From: Perna viridis
Taxonomy: Eukaryota
Direction: 5' to 3'
Length of the DNA: 64,000 nucleotides
Assembly: GCA_037379345.1 (NCBI GenBank)
Contig: CM074512.1
Coordinates: forward strand, 32,178,001-32,242,000
Part shown: in pieces, positions 49,409 to 64,000 of the stretch
Layout of the letters: the number at the start of each line of letters is the position of its first letter
Numbering within the stretch: position 1 is the first letter of the stretch
Notes under the pieces: generated by a model
Told to the model about the DNA's origin: nothing
Database searches by the model: none
The model's input: the letters and a program-made list of their open reading frames with translations, nothing else
Made by a program: the position numbers and the translations under genes

Positions 49409-49657
49409 TCCTCCATGTTATGGATAGCTTGTAATATAATTTTATACACATCTATTCCTATCCAAAGTTTGAATAAAACATTATTTTTTTTAAATTTTGA
49501 CAAGGTAGGGGTGGATCTAGGATTTATTGGGTTCCTCCATGTTATGGATAGCTTGTAATATAATTTTATACACATCTATTCCTATCCAAAGTTTGAATAA
49601 AACATTATTTTTTTTAAATTTTGACAAGGTAGGGGTGGATCTAGGATTTCTTGGGTT
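49409..49657. repeat. ~124-bp direct tandem duplication
   Basis: TCCTCCATGTTATGG...GGATTT(A/C)TTGGGT twice, near-identical. Confidence 0.95.
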
Positions 49658-52600
49658 AGGTTGTCGATAATGTTTTTCCATGCCAAAAGATATTCGACTC
49701 TGTACATATGTCTTAAGAAGAAATTCTAAGACTCAGATTCAGATTTAATGATATACACTCGGACACGGAAGTCTGTTTTCGTTAAGGGCTTGGCGACCTA
49801 AGACCTTCTATAGACGATCTTTACTGTTTCAAAGATTTCAATATACTAATTACAAGTAATCGACAGTGTACTATGACAAAAATCTCGCTTCAACCGATGT
49901 GTATCCAAAATACGAAACGAAATACCCATTGCTACTACGGTCTACTAATTCAAACTTCTTGTGTTCTTTTTAAGAAATTATCTACAAAATAGTTTGAATT
50001 ATTTAGAAAAAAAAAGAATACACAAAAGCCTTTTTTTTCAATTTCATGGTCAATTAGAATTTAATTCAAATTTCTATGGTGATTTTTATACTAGTATTAT
50101 ACACCAAACCGACACTTAAATTAATGTCAGATTCAAAGTTAAAATGTTGATCTAAGGTCAACTAGAAAGGCATAGATGAAACAGAATAGACACAACTCTT
50201 GAAATCTTTACAAATGTATTCGAAAATAGTGTTCGGATTCCACCATCCTCAGAGAGATAGGAGCAAATCAAGATCTATGATTTAAACATGCCATCAATTC
50301 ATATACATCGTGTTACAAAACATTTTTTAAAGTTCAGTATTTTTCTCTATACTTCTAATTTATTCAATCTTTCATAAACTTCAGTCAAGTCTCTAAACAT
50401 TGAGGATCGAAAGTAGATTTTCCTTTCACAAAAAATTTAAATTCGAAACGCAACACAGTGGTGACATTGGCTGTAAATTATCATTTGTTTGTTAGTTTGT
50501 TTGGTTTTTTTTTTTCATATCAACAGTTAAAAAAATAAGTCTCATTTTTCTTTAGTTTTATGTAAAAAAAATAATCGCCTCGATTCAGATATAGCTGACC
50601 TTGTCGTATACAAATGCCCACGAAGATACAGGTAATAGTACACCGGACAAGATATGCAAATTATTTAATACTTTGAGAGAAAAAAGAAGCGTGTAATCTA
50701 ATTTGACAGGTTAGGGGTATCATGTAGATAATTTTTACACTATGATATTATTTGTTTTCATTTGGAATGTCAAATTTCATTGCGGTTACATATTTAACTC
50801 GTAATCTTGAATTACCTGACAGTAATTGTATTTTAGGTGACAATCAAATTTGCACAAATTTACTAATTTATTTAGCCACAGGGAGTGTTTAAATCATTTG
50901 GGGTTAAAAAGACGATAATTCTTCTATTTTGTTCAGCATTGTTGACTCGTTAATGTTCTGGTAATGGATTCTTCTCGTAATTAAACTGTTACTAATAACT
51001 TAAAGGCATTTATACCTTTATTACTCCTAAGTTTTTCTCTTCAGCTCTGTTTATCTAACATCTGCGGAAGATGAAGCAAGAATCGTATGGTCAGTGATTC
51101 TATTATTATTAGTTATTCATAATTGGTATAAGCAATTTTATCATATGTAAGTTTATTCTTTTTTTTTTAATTTTTTTTGTTTATTTCAATTTCATGTATA
51201 TTTAAAAAAAAACTTAAAATTTTTACACCATAAAACGATTGACTCAGATAATATTGGTTTATAATATTTTCCTTTTTGTGTTAAACAAATATTGTTTTTT
51301 TTTCATCAGAAAGAAGTTTCATTGTGAAGTATTCAATAAACTAGCTATCGTTTTTAAAATGTTTTGGTGTTAAATTTTTGTTGTTGATTGTCTTCAAGTT
51401 TAACCCCTCCCCCCTCCCTGCAACATTATAATGTTAATTATGCATTCACTAATACATTTGCTGTGAGAGAATTTTTAAATGAAAGCTTTGATATAAGCGT
51501 ACTTACATACTAGAAATTCACTTAATTCAATAACTAAAACAAAACCCATTAATTTGATCAATTTAATTCCAAAAATTTATCTTCGTTTCAACATCCGACA
51601 TCGTCCTTTAAATATCGAACAAAACGCAGACGTGAAGCAGAAGATGAATGTTGATCGTCTGCCTACAATTCACGGGGTCATATTACTTTTCACTTTCTTA
51701 TTTTTCTAGTTATTAAAACATTATATGCCTCTCGCGTTATTCATTGACTAAGCATACATTACATTAACCCGTAACATACCACATAATTCATAAAAAGTTT
51801 GCAAGATATAATTGTATCTTCTCTTTATATAATAATGCGCCAGCAAACGGGAACAAATTTGTCCATAAATCATTTAACTCGTAAGAATAATGGCCAAATT
51901 TATTTGATAAATTGCACTCGAATCATCGAGTTTCAGAATTAAACTCACCTTTGCCAAATCAGATTCATTTGCTGAAGAAAGAGAAATAAGCGCTTGGAGG
52001 ATTTTAACAAAAAGAAAATTAGTAGTTTTGAAGAACTTCGAGAGAATCAGGGAGCTTTTTATTTTATCTCTTTAACTACGATTTGATGAACTACTAATTT
52101 AACCAAGACGGTAAGTTGTGATTGTAAATCTTAAGTGGGCAGGTTTAAAAAGGTTTAATTCGGAACAAAGTACACATGAAAAATTTCAGTTGTTAAGACT
52201 AGATTGACTAACGCCTGCACAACGCAGAGTTCCGAGTTTTAAACCGTCCCTGAATTAGTTAACAGTCTCCGAATGACAACATGACGGTGAGGTGTTACCA
52301 TAAGACATTTTAGCACCTAGGAAGATTTCTGATTTGTGAGCGTTGGTTTATATAACTGTGGTTTATTGCCGTGCTAGTATGAATAGAATAGCATACGGAG
52401 CTATTTGATTGGTCGATTCGTGACAAAGTTATGTTTATGCTTTTTCTTGTTTTAGTTTGTAAGATCGATAGGAGTCGTTCGAAAATTCAACGTGGAGAAT
52501 AATTTGCAAAGAAATCAAAGGGATTTACCAATGGTCTGATCCAAGAGCAAAGATGGCCTAAAAATTCCCAGTATTTAACATCTGAAAGTTATGTGACGAA

Positions 52601-55600
52601 ATTTAAAGCTTCAAAAAACTTATACGAAGATGTTCCAACTATCGAACGTCACTTGATAGAAATGAATGTATTAAAAACCAAATTTATTAAATGGATTTAT
52701 AATAACAGATGATAGTATTCATTGTTTATTTTCTGTTCGAAATATTTTGTGGATTATTTATGCGTTAGTAACGTTACTAAGTAAGATTTCGCCAAGGATG
52801 AGGAATAGTGATGGAGTTTTCCGGACGGGAATTATTGTCATTCCGACTCTCATTATTTTATTAATCCAGACGGACAACTCCGCCGGAGTGAAGTGGTTGT
52901 AAGTACTTTTTGAATTACTTGTCTCCCATTACGAAATTAGTATCCCCTTCTCCAGCATTTCAAAATCATGATTTTCTTAAAAAATACTATAAATAAATAA
53001 GAAGTTAACATTTAGTGATTCTTTGGTGGAATACCAAAAGTTGAAAACAATTTTACAATGCTTAAACCAAATGATATTTTAAAAAGTATTTTAGAGACAT
53101 ATCTGTAGACAAAGTTATTCTACAAAGTATATCAAGTTGCTTAAGTTTTAATTGTAGATTGTCTATTCATTTGTAAATATTTCATCAATCGTAAATAATA
53201 TTATAATCTAATCTTAATGGGTCTTTAATGATGATTTAAAGGTCACAGTTCACAGTTAATTTTCAATATTTCATTCAATCCAAGAAATAATAAGGCATAT
53301 TTATTTGTCGTTTTATTCTGTATCATGAGACCGTAGCTATGTGCACCTAAGCAGAGAAGTTAAACATTTTATTTAGACAAACTTCAGTCTAGTTCCGAAA
53401 ATGTTATCACTTGTTTAAACTAGTTACTAATCATCTTATCTTTGTTTTCCAAAGATTTCCTTAATGATAATCACACCAATACTAAACAATTATGAATAAA
53501 CAAGAATTTAAAACCAGCGCTGCACACGACTTGAGATCATCTAATGAGGCAAAACGGGTTAACTCCCTGAAATCTAAAAAAAATATTAAATAAGCATCAA
53601 CTGTGCATGCTGAAAAAAAATTACACAAAATTCGCTTTAGTGTCCATGCAAAACAAATTAAACAAGGAGTGCATTGAACATAAAAATCTCTATTATTAAA
53701 AAAATGGAGAAGCGCTCAGACATGTGTGAGTAATTCACTGTGAATACAAACCATTTAAAATATTTACAAACATGTTTGTTAGAATATTAAGTGTTCAGAA
53801 GACTGTTCCTCGGTATATACATAACTTCAGTGGAGGAATTTCATCCAAAGCAAGTAAATACGTGATTCTTTTCTCTAGAGAACACCTAATACTTGTGAAA
53901 AGAGCAACAAATTCAAATGTAATATAAAAAAATGATTTCCTCCTTAAGCTATGGTTGACAGGCAATAAATAAACCTAGATATGTGCTTAGGCGTCTTTCC
54001 AATGCTGTAAGATCACTTTAGATAGAAATGATACAGTATAAAAAGAATATACCACCAAAGTAAAGTTATATTATAAGTAAATGAACAACGGTACAATTTA
54101 CAAGATGTGAATTAACAGGCATGTAATGATAGGCTCTCACTCCGCTCTATACCAAAAAGCCAAACGCTCCTTTAATTTATAAAGTTCTTAATTGGAAAAA
54201 TAATTGTGTTCCAAATTTTGTGGTACTTGTTTCACTGATTACTGGACCCTACAACAAGGATAAAGTTGAAATTGTAATGTTCGTATTTTTGATTTTTCAA
54301 GTTTTTAAGCGCTTATGACTAATTTTGGAACAGATTTACGTTTATATTTGTATGCTCTCGTTTTTTCAACGTCTGTATTCACACTGCCCCTTTATAACTT
54401 TAAAAGTCTCGTATATTTCAAATATCAGTGTTATTGATGATGGTTAAACGAAAATATTCTATGTTACGCTCTGTAAGTCAGTGTGTATTCTTCGTACAGC
54501 TGTTAGAAAGGTTTGCAGTCTTTTTTGAAATTTATTGATGTCTTTTCTGACTAAATATTTTTGTTAAACCACTGGCTCTCTTCGGTTAAATCTTGTACAT
54601 TGTACACGTATATGTACATGGACAGTAAACAAATCCTCGGAGGCGGATCCAGAATTGTTTAAAAGTGGGAGAGTTCCATCATTTCATTTGCCCATTTATC
54701 ACCCCTTTCTTTTTAAACAAATTTTACTATTTTTTTTTCTAACAGAGGGTGTTCCAATCCAACTGAACCATCGTGTATAGTCAGGGTTCTCTTGTATAGA
54801 AAAAATTACAATATATTTTACTGGAACATTTACAATGTCTGAAGGAGTAACGTGATTTCGTTCTGTATTATTATCAAATATTTTGCGGTTTTAATGTTTT
54901 CAATTCTTTTGACATGTACATTCCTACTAGGGAGATAATACTAATTATACTCCATTCCGATGACCTTAAAAGGGTGTTTAATCAAACGTCGAAAAGATTG
55001 AAAATGTTGGGTTGCCGTGAATTTAAAAATGCCCAAATATTCTCAAAACAAAATATTGCAGTAATTTATAATAAAAATCGATAAAGTATAATATTTGTGA
55101 CAAGTTATGGCATTGTCAAAGTTTGAAATCGTACTAAATGTTAATGCTCTAAGTCACTGTTATCTTGTCACGGGTCTTAAATGCATGTTTTTTCTCGATT
55201 TTGGAAAGAACTTTACAATTGAAAGGTCACCAACCGGTAAATTAAACATTAAAATTAGGTTTTTGTTTACAATAGGGTTTTGATAGATATTCTACACGAA
55301 TGCATGGCATGTTTATATTTTCATTACATTTATACTATATTGGTTTTATTTAATGCATTATATATTAAAAAAGTTGTAATATTATGTTGAAAGCTGATAT
55401 CGCTTTTTTTTTGTGTGTTATGCTTCTATTTGTTGTTCCTAGTTTATTCCTCTGAAGGTTTCATCTCCGAGGTTGAATCGATCTGTTTATTTCATGACCG
55501 ATTGCTAATAGGGCGGTGGTAAAGATGTATCTTGATTTTAAAGGCGTACATAAAGGTTTTTTTAATATCTGGAATGATCTAGATTGCGTAAAGAGTTCAT

Positions 55601-58600
55601 TTCAGGACAGTTTCTGTTTCATTGGCAACACTTGCTTAAAACTATTCAAAGCAATTCGCTGTTGTCGAGAGCAATCGCGGATACTATGAAAATGGTTTAT
55701 ATTTTACGTTTGTGGGAGCATTCAACGGATGTTTTGTTTTACAAAATTCCAAAAACGTACCCACTGATCAAGGTATTCATAAAGAATGACACCGATAAAT
55801 TATTCATATCATAAATATGCAGTTTCACTATTATATCTGGGCCCATTACGAGCTCTCACTGATGATCGAGTCTTTGATCTTTTGTTAAAGTTAATTTGTT
55901 CGGCTTTCAGAATAATTCACGGTACATTTAATCAAAGGAAGGAAGAAACGAAAAATTAGGGGATGCGAATCAATAGCTAACAACGAGATAGGCGTGGTTC
56001 ACAAGAAAGAGAAACTAACATCAAAACCTTAACGGAGAGAATAATGAGCGAACATTGGGACAAATTGAAGCACTTAAGCATATTTAATTATACCACTGCA
56101 TATTTGATCGAAAAGATTTAAAACACTCGTCCTACTACTCGAAGAAAAAAAGTAGTTTGTTTGCTTAAGTAATTAAGTTCAACTAGAGGTCCATGTTTAA
56201 CTTGAAACTTGTCGGGGGCTCTGTCAATAGTAGATAGTTTCGGGAAGAATTCACTTCATTCTGAGTCTATTTTGATAGCTAATAATTTCAGTGCGTAACA
56301 ATGAACTGTGATCGTTTCCTTATTATACCAATCATATTGTTGTCCCTACTTAGAAATTCATTTTAAAGTATAAAAATTGCGTCATTTGCTCATTGTAAAG
56401 GAGCGGAATGCCAATTTTGTGTCGTTGAAGAGTACAAGGGTACTCTCTTTTACTTTTAATTATCTATTGAATATAAAAAAGGTAATACAGATACTCCGAT
56501 TTTTTCTGTAAAATGAATTTTAGCATTTTGAGAACCTCAGAACGACGTGGCATTGGATTTTTAATGACAGCGAAAATGACCAAGTGGTCTGTTAATATAC
56601 ACCGCACTTAGTGAGATATATTGTCAACCCGATCATGATCGGATCCAGAATGGATTTCTGGGATGGATAGAATTTCCCTATTTGAGATACTTGTGTAAAT
56701 GTCGTGCAAAATGAGCATCGGCAAAAACTCCTTGAACCCCACTTTCAAAATTTATGGACCCACCCCTGGAGAATAATTCATTGACCTACTCCTAGAGGAT
56801 AATTTACGGACCCACTCCTGGAGGATAATTTATCTAACCTTGACATTCGACCGTTCGTTCAAAATTAACAGGGCTTCTGGATCTGTCAGGTATGGTCGGC
56901 TTTGCTGATATGGAGTTGTTGTCCTGGGGTAATTTTGGAAGGATCAAAAATAGATTCGCTGAAAGTCCAATTATTGTCAAAAATTCTATCTAAATAAAAG
57001 CCCAATAATTTATGGACACAATTTGGACACCAACAATTTGATAGCTGCAAATTAGTACCAGGCCGCTCGCAGAATATAAAGACCATATTAATGCCCCTCG
57101 GGGTAAACTCGTTTACCATAAATCTGATTTCAATCAGGAGGATTTTATGTCTAGATTAAAGATAGCCAAACATTGTAAAGGGTGTAAATTGCCATTCAAT
57201 AAAATCAGACATTAAAAATGACAATAACTCCATACAAACAATTATACGGCAATTAACCAAGCCGCGGTTATTTCTATTCAAACGTCAAAAAGTTCAAGTA
57301 GAGACTGAAGGAGCTAAAAGCATTTAGCAGTCTTCAGCCATTCCTAGTAACGACGAGGGGGACTACTTTTTTGGATGGTTTTATTTATTGTGAGAGATTA
57401 AGTTTAATTATCGTTGCAGGGATGCAATTAAGTGGAAATAACATAAACAAAAACAGCAGGGGCGAAAACAAACAGAAAACCTACCTCTAACATGACGTCC
57501 GTGAATACCATTGCAAAGTTTTTATGCCGTTTCGAGAGCTCGCACAGAACGAAACACATAAAGCAAAATAAACAAATATGGAATCCGAGTGGGTACATAG
57601 TCTTCATTTTTTAACCTTGAGCACCGTAACGCTTTTAAATTTGAGCTTGTTTTCAGATATGGAAAGACTTTTGACATTTTTCTACAGTTTGAATAGGCGC
57701 AGGTACACCAGTTAAAAATTAATTTCACCTGCTCGTAGATAGACGATCCCTGTGCAAAACAGATGTTTTCTGTATTAACCGTTTTATGTTAGCAAAATAA
57801 CAGTGATATATGTTTCTAAAAAGTTCATCCAGAGTTTTTCTTCACAGTGCGAGCCAGCTGCTTGTCTTTGAAACTTATCAAGCTTAAGGTATAAATTGTA
57901 GTGATATGTAGGTAATTTCAGTTAGTTTATCAAAGTTCCTGCTGCCGAGTGACAATTTAAATGATCAAGTAATGGGTAACCTCCGTTACCAACCTCCGTT
58001 ACCAACCTGCATTAAAAGAATGAAAACTAACGAAGTACAGAATTAAATTTTCTTAAATTAGAAAATCAATAACGTTTCTAGACTTAACATCAAAAGATGC
58101 AATTCTAAGGCCTTATTTCGGATATTCATGTATCTAAATGCTGATGCATTAGTATTTGTTCTTTTGGTCCTTTAAAATAAAATGACAAAATTGTTACCAA
58201 TGTTTAAAGGGAGATCACAGGGAAGCACATTTTAATCAGTATCGAAAACTATTTTTGCCGGGTACCTTATCTGAAATATTTTTATTTGATTTTGAAAAAA
58301 AGCATCTCAGTACATATAGTCTAATTTGCCTGCCTTTCAATTAGTTACTTAAAAAATGTCATAAACAATGTTCAACTGATATAAAAATAAGTATTAGGGA
58401 TTCGTTCATTTAATGAATAAAGTTAAACGAGTTTTGTTAGAAAATAAAATCTGCAACTATCCAATTATCTTAGACAAAATATAAGTTATTTTATTGACAA
58501 AGGAAGCATGACAAAGGATAAGACAAAAGTTACAGAAACTTTAAATTGAAATGTCATGCTATCATACACGTACGCGGTTTTAAGGTATATGTAGTAGTCT

Positions 58601-59681
58601 TTGGATATCACTAATCCAAAACAGAATTGTTATACTCAACTCAAAATAGCCCATTGAAAATATATTGAATGAAGTTGTCGTTTAATAATTTCTTTACCTT
58701 TGCCATTTTATTCGCGCGCACGCTTGTGCGTGTTTGTTTTTGTTGTTTTATTTATTTTTTTTTTTTTTTTTGGGGGGGGGTTGTGTTTTTTGTTTGTTTG
58801 TTTTGTTTTTGCATTGTCAGATGGAGCATCCAGTATTACTACGTCTTCTTTAACATCCATATGCATGTAATCGTACACGTATAACAAAATGTAACCTGTT
58901 AATACATCCAAAATAATGCAATACCTGAATTCTCATTGCCACTGTTAGAAACAATATACAATTGATATAGACTACAAGTTTTTCATCGAATCTGAAGATG
59001 AAGAATTGTTAACAATTTATCAATTCTCTACAAGCACCTGAGCCAGATTGTTTGTTTATGAGGAACCTATTGCCAAATCCATTCATTTTAAATGCCATTG
59101 GATCCAGCAAGGAAAAAAAACTGTCTAACTCTGCATTTCTTCAAATTGTGTAATTACAACATTAAATCTATCAAGAAAAAAAAACATAGCGCTGCATAAA
59201 TCCATGCAGGGAAGTGTAATTTCGATGTTATTTTTTGCGTGTATCATGTTTGTTTTTTTTATGGGATATTCTACTCGGCTTTGGACTCTGGGGAATGCAT
59301 GATGCTGTTTATGCTTTATAACATGTAACCGAGTTTTTTTCTTGTTCAGTAAGTCAGTCTTCACTTTTATCACACAGACTGAGCAGTGTACTATCGTGTA
59401 TAAAGAAACCTGTCTAACCCAAATCCTGAATAAAGGGGTTGCCTATCCAAAGCAGATTTCTTTTTACATTTTAAACCCGTATAAACCGAACACCTTCCTA
59501 AACCAAACAATTCATTCAGTCCCAAAAAAGTTTGGTTTAGACACTGTACTAAATATCCTTTGTTCCTTATTCTCATCATGAACTCGTGGATCGATACAGT
59601 ATATCCATCTGCACCATGAAAACTGATTTGTTCAACATGTCATAGTTTTCCTTTCCTCTTTCATCTACCATGGACTAGATT

Positions 59682-59926
59682 TTTTTATGAACAACTCGGC
59701 GGGTTATTCTAGAAAAGCAGAGGCTGCGTACCCTTCCGGTGCACCTGGTCCATGGTCCCAGTTTTTAGTGGAGTCCGAGTTGCTCATTTGTTTTTGTTGC
59801 TTTGTATGTGTAATTTTGGTTGCCTTGTGTTCTTTGTTGTGTTTGTCTGTTTTCCATTTCTGGTCTTTGTCCCTGGATTACATTCTTTTGATTTCCACTA
59901 GAATCTTGGTTCCCTTGTTTTCTCTC
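59682..59926 (+). mobile_element. Dispersed repeat family, copy D (more diverged)
   Basis: atgaacaactcggcgggt..tctagaaaagcagaggctgcgtacccttccggtgcacctggtccat... colinear with copy A. Confidence 0.85.
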
Positions 59927-62900
59927 TCAATAAAGTACACGAATTAATGATTTATATGTTTCTATAACCTAGTATTAATCCAAATGTTAACGCCTTGTTT
60001 TGATACTTGAATCTGCCTTTCCCAACTTCATTGTGCGATGCATTGTTGAAGCCAATATTATCATCATCTCAGATGGTGCAAATTATGTCTTCCACTTTTA
60101 AGAGGACACGTGTTGGTTATTGTCTTGTCCGTCAGTCTGTGCACTAATTAAAATTTCATATTAATCAAGTATATCGAAAAGAAACATAATAGCACAGTTA
60201 TTCAGTTCTGTACATTTAGAGTTTTCATCAATTTTCTACAGCAAAAACAAACTGTTCTCTATTATTTTTAGTATTAACAAAACCGTTAGAAGAGAAAAAA
60301 AACCAGATAAATGGGATTGAAATAAATTGTGATGTAATTTTTCCTGTATGCAAGTTGGATAAAATATAGGAAGACAAAATGACTACTGAACAAATGTAAG
60401 GCGTTCAAATTAAATTAACGTCCGCTTAAAGTTCAAGTAAACCAATAACTTCTTTTGAACCCTAAATGTTTAAAGTTAGGGTTGTCACAAATAGTTTGTC
60501 TAGAGCACTTTAAGCATAGTTTGAAAAAGAAAAAAAAACATGTTTCATCTCTTAACAAACTTAAATTAAATTACGACAAAGAACACCGTCGAAAGACGGA
60601 CTTGATTTATAATGAGAAGATTGTTAGAAGTTGATAAGATGTGCATACAAATGCATTACGCTACATTTGGCTGCATTGTCGAGGTGCAGTGGTTCCTTTG
60701 ATGATCCGTGCACAGATCCTCTGAAAGAAATTACCCCCATTATTTTCAAATTCAGCGTTAAATCAAATATTGTTGGCTGTAGTTAGCGAAGTCTTCCCCC
60801 TCGTGTTTCCAATTGAAAATAATTCGAAACATTCCCGCTAATGTCTTTTGTATAGACTGAAAATCCTTTACTTAGAAGTGCTGTAATTACAAATATATTT
60901 CTTTAAAAGAATAATCGCGATGAAAGGCTGCTTTCTCACACATGTTTGAACAGTGCAGATTCGTTTGACATATAGGGAAGGCGTTGTATTTTCCAGATAA
61001 TATACGTTTATCAGAGTGTATTTTGTTCTAGTTTTTCAAGGTATATGAGGATGTCAATTTTCTATATAGTTTAATAACAGAAGTAATTAGATATGTTACC
61101 TCCCTTTTCGAGCTCTTTTTTGACAGAGTTAATTTCAATGTTGAACTGTAGGAAAATCAAAATGTCAAATTTATGAAAATCTGAAATTTTTCATATAATG
61201 AATTTTTAAAGTAGGATTGCATTAAATGAAGATAGAAAAAAACAGAAGATGGCGTTTTCACCTATATCGAGAAACCTTTGGTAGACACTTACTACTACTA
61301 AAAGACTGAATTATTTTGAACAACAGGTCACATAACTCTTTGTTGATCTAGGAAGAACACTAATGCAAGATGATATCAATTATTTTATTAATAGTTCACC
61401 TGGTTGCTTTGAAGGTCTTTGAAGTACGAAACGAAACAAGCTTTTTGACGTTTACCTGTCCATTTCTCCATACCAGTTCTTGATGTGTTGCGATAACTTT
61501 CATCAAGCAGCCAGTTCCCTATCTAGCTTTCTGAGGTCAGAATTCCCACCACTGACCCAAACAATTAGAGAAATACTAATTGTATCTGATTTTCATTGAG
61601 AAAATGAGGGATAAATTGCAAACCCCCATTTCTTCAAACACGTGCTCTTTTAATATAAAAGTCTGTATGGATAAAAGAAAATACTAGAATGATTTGCGAA
61701 CTTGGCATTCTTGGTAAAAATGTTACTGCATGATGGCAAATCTTGTTAGCAATAATTGCTTGTAGCAATTTTATCATTATACACCTAAACATCATAAAAA
61801 TATAACATGGTGATATAAGTTGGCGATAAAATATCGTCTTTTATACGGAAACAACTATCTAGCCTGGAATTTCAAATTAACCATACTGAGTGGATGAGGT
61901 TGTTTCTGCGCAGGGGTTTGCATTAATGAACTTTTCAAAGGATTTTTATTTCATTAGTTCAAGTATATTAGCTATTTTGTCTTAAATATTTGATGTCTTT
62001 TAAATTAAGTTTATGAGATCTGAAAACAATAATTATTTGCTAATAGAAATTTAATGGCTACGGAATTCGCGGTTATCAGTCTTCATCAACGGTAATTTGA
62101 TTTAAACAATCGACTTGTTTTATATCTCCATTTAGTTACTAATATCATTTAATCAATTTTCTGATAATGACTTATAAATTATGAAACATGTAGATAATTA
62201 GACAAAAATGATACTCATCGACACTCTGTTGCTGAACTCCACATTAAAAATAGTCTCAGGACTGTTAAAGTAGTGTAGGTATTCGACTGAATCAGGAAAA
62301 AATCGTGGACTTGATGAAGTCGATTACTTTTTGTAGTCACTTTATAAAAAAAATGCGTACGAGTTTTGAACTTGGGAAAACCAACAACTTCTTAAAATTA
62401 AAAAAAAATATCACCTGTTGGGAAAACATTCTTGTTCCCAGTCTTTTACGTGGAATAATTTATTTACTTCCATGTTTCAGTGTATGAATTCAACAAAATT
62501 GGACCGAATAACATTAAATGTATCTAAGTTAAACGAACTTTATCTTAACATTTGACTAAGGATAACGTTGCAGGCAAAAAAAAACAAGGTCCTCTAAAAT
62601 TAATTTTTACACTCATCAAAGCTTTAGTCACTTTCTCAAAAAGGTACATAAAAATACAATTAACCAACATTTAACTTTTTGTACCGCATTTTTTATGTCT
62701 GTTTTCGAGTGATAATTCTTTCTTTTTTTTAAATCACTGAGTACATAAAACAATATGTTAAAGTAAAAAAAAAACACGAAATAATAAGAATGAAAACCTA
62801 TCCTATTTTTATCTTGACAGACAAAATTAGACGAGAATGCCAAAAACCCACCGTTACAAAATGACATTTATCATAAATCTTCTATAAAACTCATCACACT

Positions 62901-63459
62901 AAATTGTATACAGTATTATTACCTAAGAAACTAAGAAATTACGAGAAAAAACAATATGCAAGTTCTTTGATATGCATCAAATAAACACGAGCATGTTGAA
63001 CGAAATATGTAGGCAATATACGAATAACTGTAAACATTGTATCAGGCCTGGAAAATTGCAGGGGAGAATTTAAATTTATCTTCATCTTTATTCTTTGAAC
63101 GTGAAGTGCATATGCAAGTTAGATTAAATTAATGATCTTTCTTCGAAAAATATCGATTTGTCTACATGTTGAAGAGCGTTTTCAAGAACCGAATTTCAAG
63201 GGTTGAAACAATATCCGTTGTAATAAAATGTTTAATCAAATACAAAGAAAAGACGAGAATGTATTATTTGACCTAATGTCTGAAACACGAATATAACAAC
63301 GTTTAAGGAATTGTGATATAACCAACTTCTAGACAGTTTACACTATAAGAACCGCGAAGCAGTTTATGCTCACGTGCAAGTGGTGAAAACACGAGATTTT
63401 TAAACAACATCGACCGTCACAATGCCGTGATTGAATGCATTTGAAATCTGTGATGACAT

Positions 63460-63600
63460 CGTGGGCGGATCCAGAAATTTTGTAAAGGGGTGGGGATTAC
63501 CAGGGTACAATTTGCCTATATTTGCTCATATGTACTAGATAAAGAAAATCTAAAAAAAAAAGTAAATTTCCAGCCTCCATTTCCTCTTGATCCGTCACTG
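63460..63600. mobile_element. MITE, CAGGGGCGGATCCAG-type TIR family
   Basis: cgtgggcggatccaga ... tcttgatccgtcactg. Confidence 0.65.
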
Positions 63601-64000
63601 GACGTAATCAAAGTGCATTTGAAAGCATGACGCTATAGATAGAAAACCACAAATCTATCGTTAGCTTAACGATATTAAGAACTTCAGACGAATGAGGAAG
63701 TGAATAAGCTAAAAGCATGGTTGTTAACGGCTTTGCTTATGATAAAAGCAGATTAGAAAAGGACAAGATTGCGAACTGCAAAACTATGCTGGGATGAAAG
63801 CATGCGTCTTACGATGTTATCATTAAAGAATGAAAACAAACTAAATAAACTTAGGTAAATTTAGAGTTGTTGAAAGCTAAATAGGGCCATAAAGGTGACA
63901 AGTTTTCCAGTCTAGAATTACAAATTAAACATTGGCTGAAGAGCTTAATCGTCTTTTTGAACTCTTTGAAGTTTAAGTCGCCTTTTCCATTCAGAAATTT

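Overview
AT-rich eukaryotic (animal) genomic DNA. The repeat landscape looks lophotrochozoan, most likely a bivalve mollusc (inference). There is one well-supported protein-coding gene, a + strand spliced TRIM/RBCC E3-ligase gene. I reconstruct 14 coding exons from 10164 to 25246, every intron GT-AG and phase 1, totalling 4062 nt (1353 aa). It encodes RING-HC, B-box1, B-box2 and a coiled coil, followed by TWO tandem copies of a [low-complexity linker exons + PRY/SPRY(B30.2)-like domain] module. A tiny alternative terminal exon (17496-17503) would end the protein after the first SPRY-like domain (919 aa). The first 1.6 kb holds the probably decayed 3' end of a single-pass membrane receptor gene. 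At 1868-2377 sits a young retroposon with a 13-bp TSD. Its 5' head is not tRNA-like but folds into a pseudoknot plus an internal-loop stem (candidate ribozyme or cis-element). The remaining ~38 kb has no recognisable host gene. It contains a broken Penelope-like RT, a 4-copy dispersed repeat, a tRNA-derived SINE head, several MITE families, fold-back (Crypton-like) elements, minisatellites and local tandem duplications. Nearly all short ORFs in the supplied track are spurious. All calls were made by eye; family names are from recall and were not searched.
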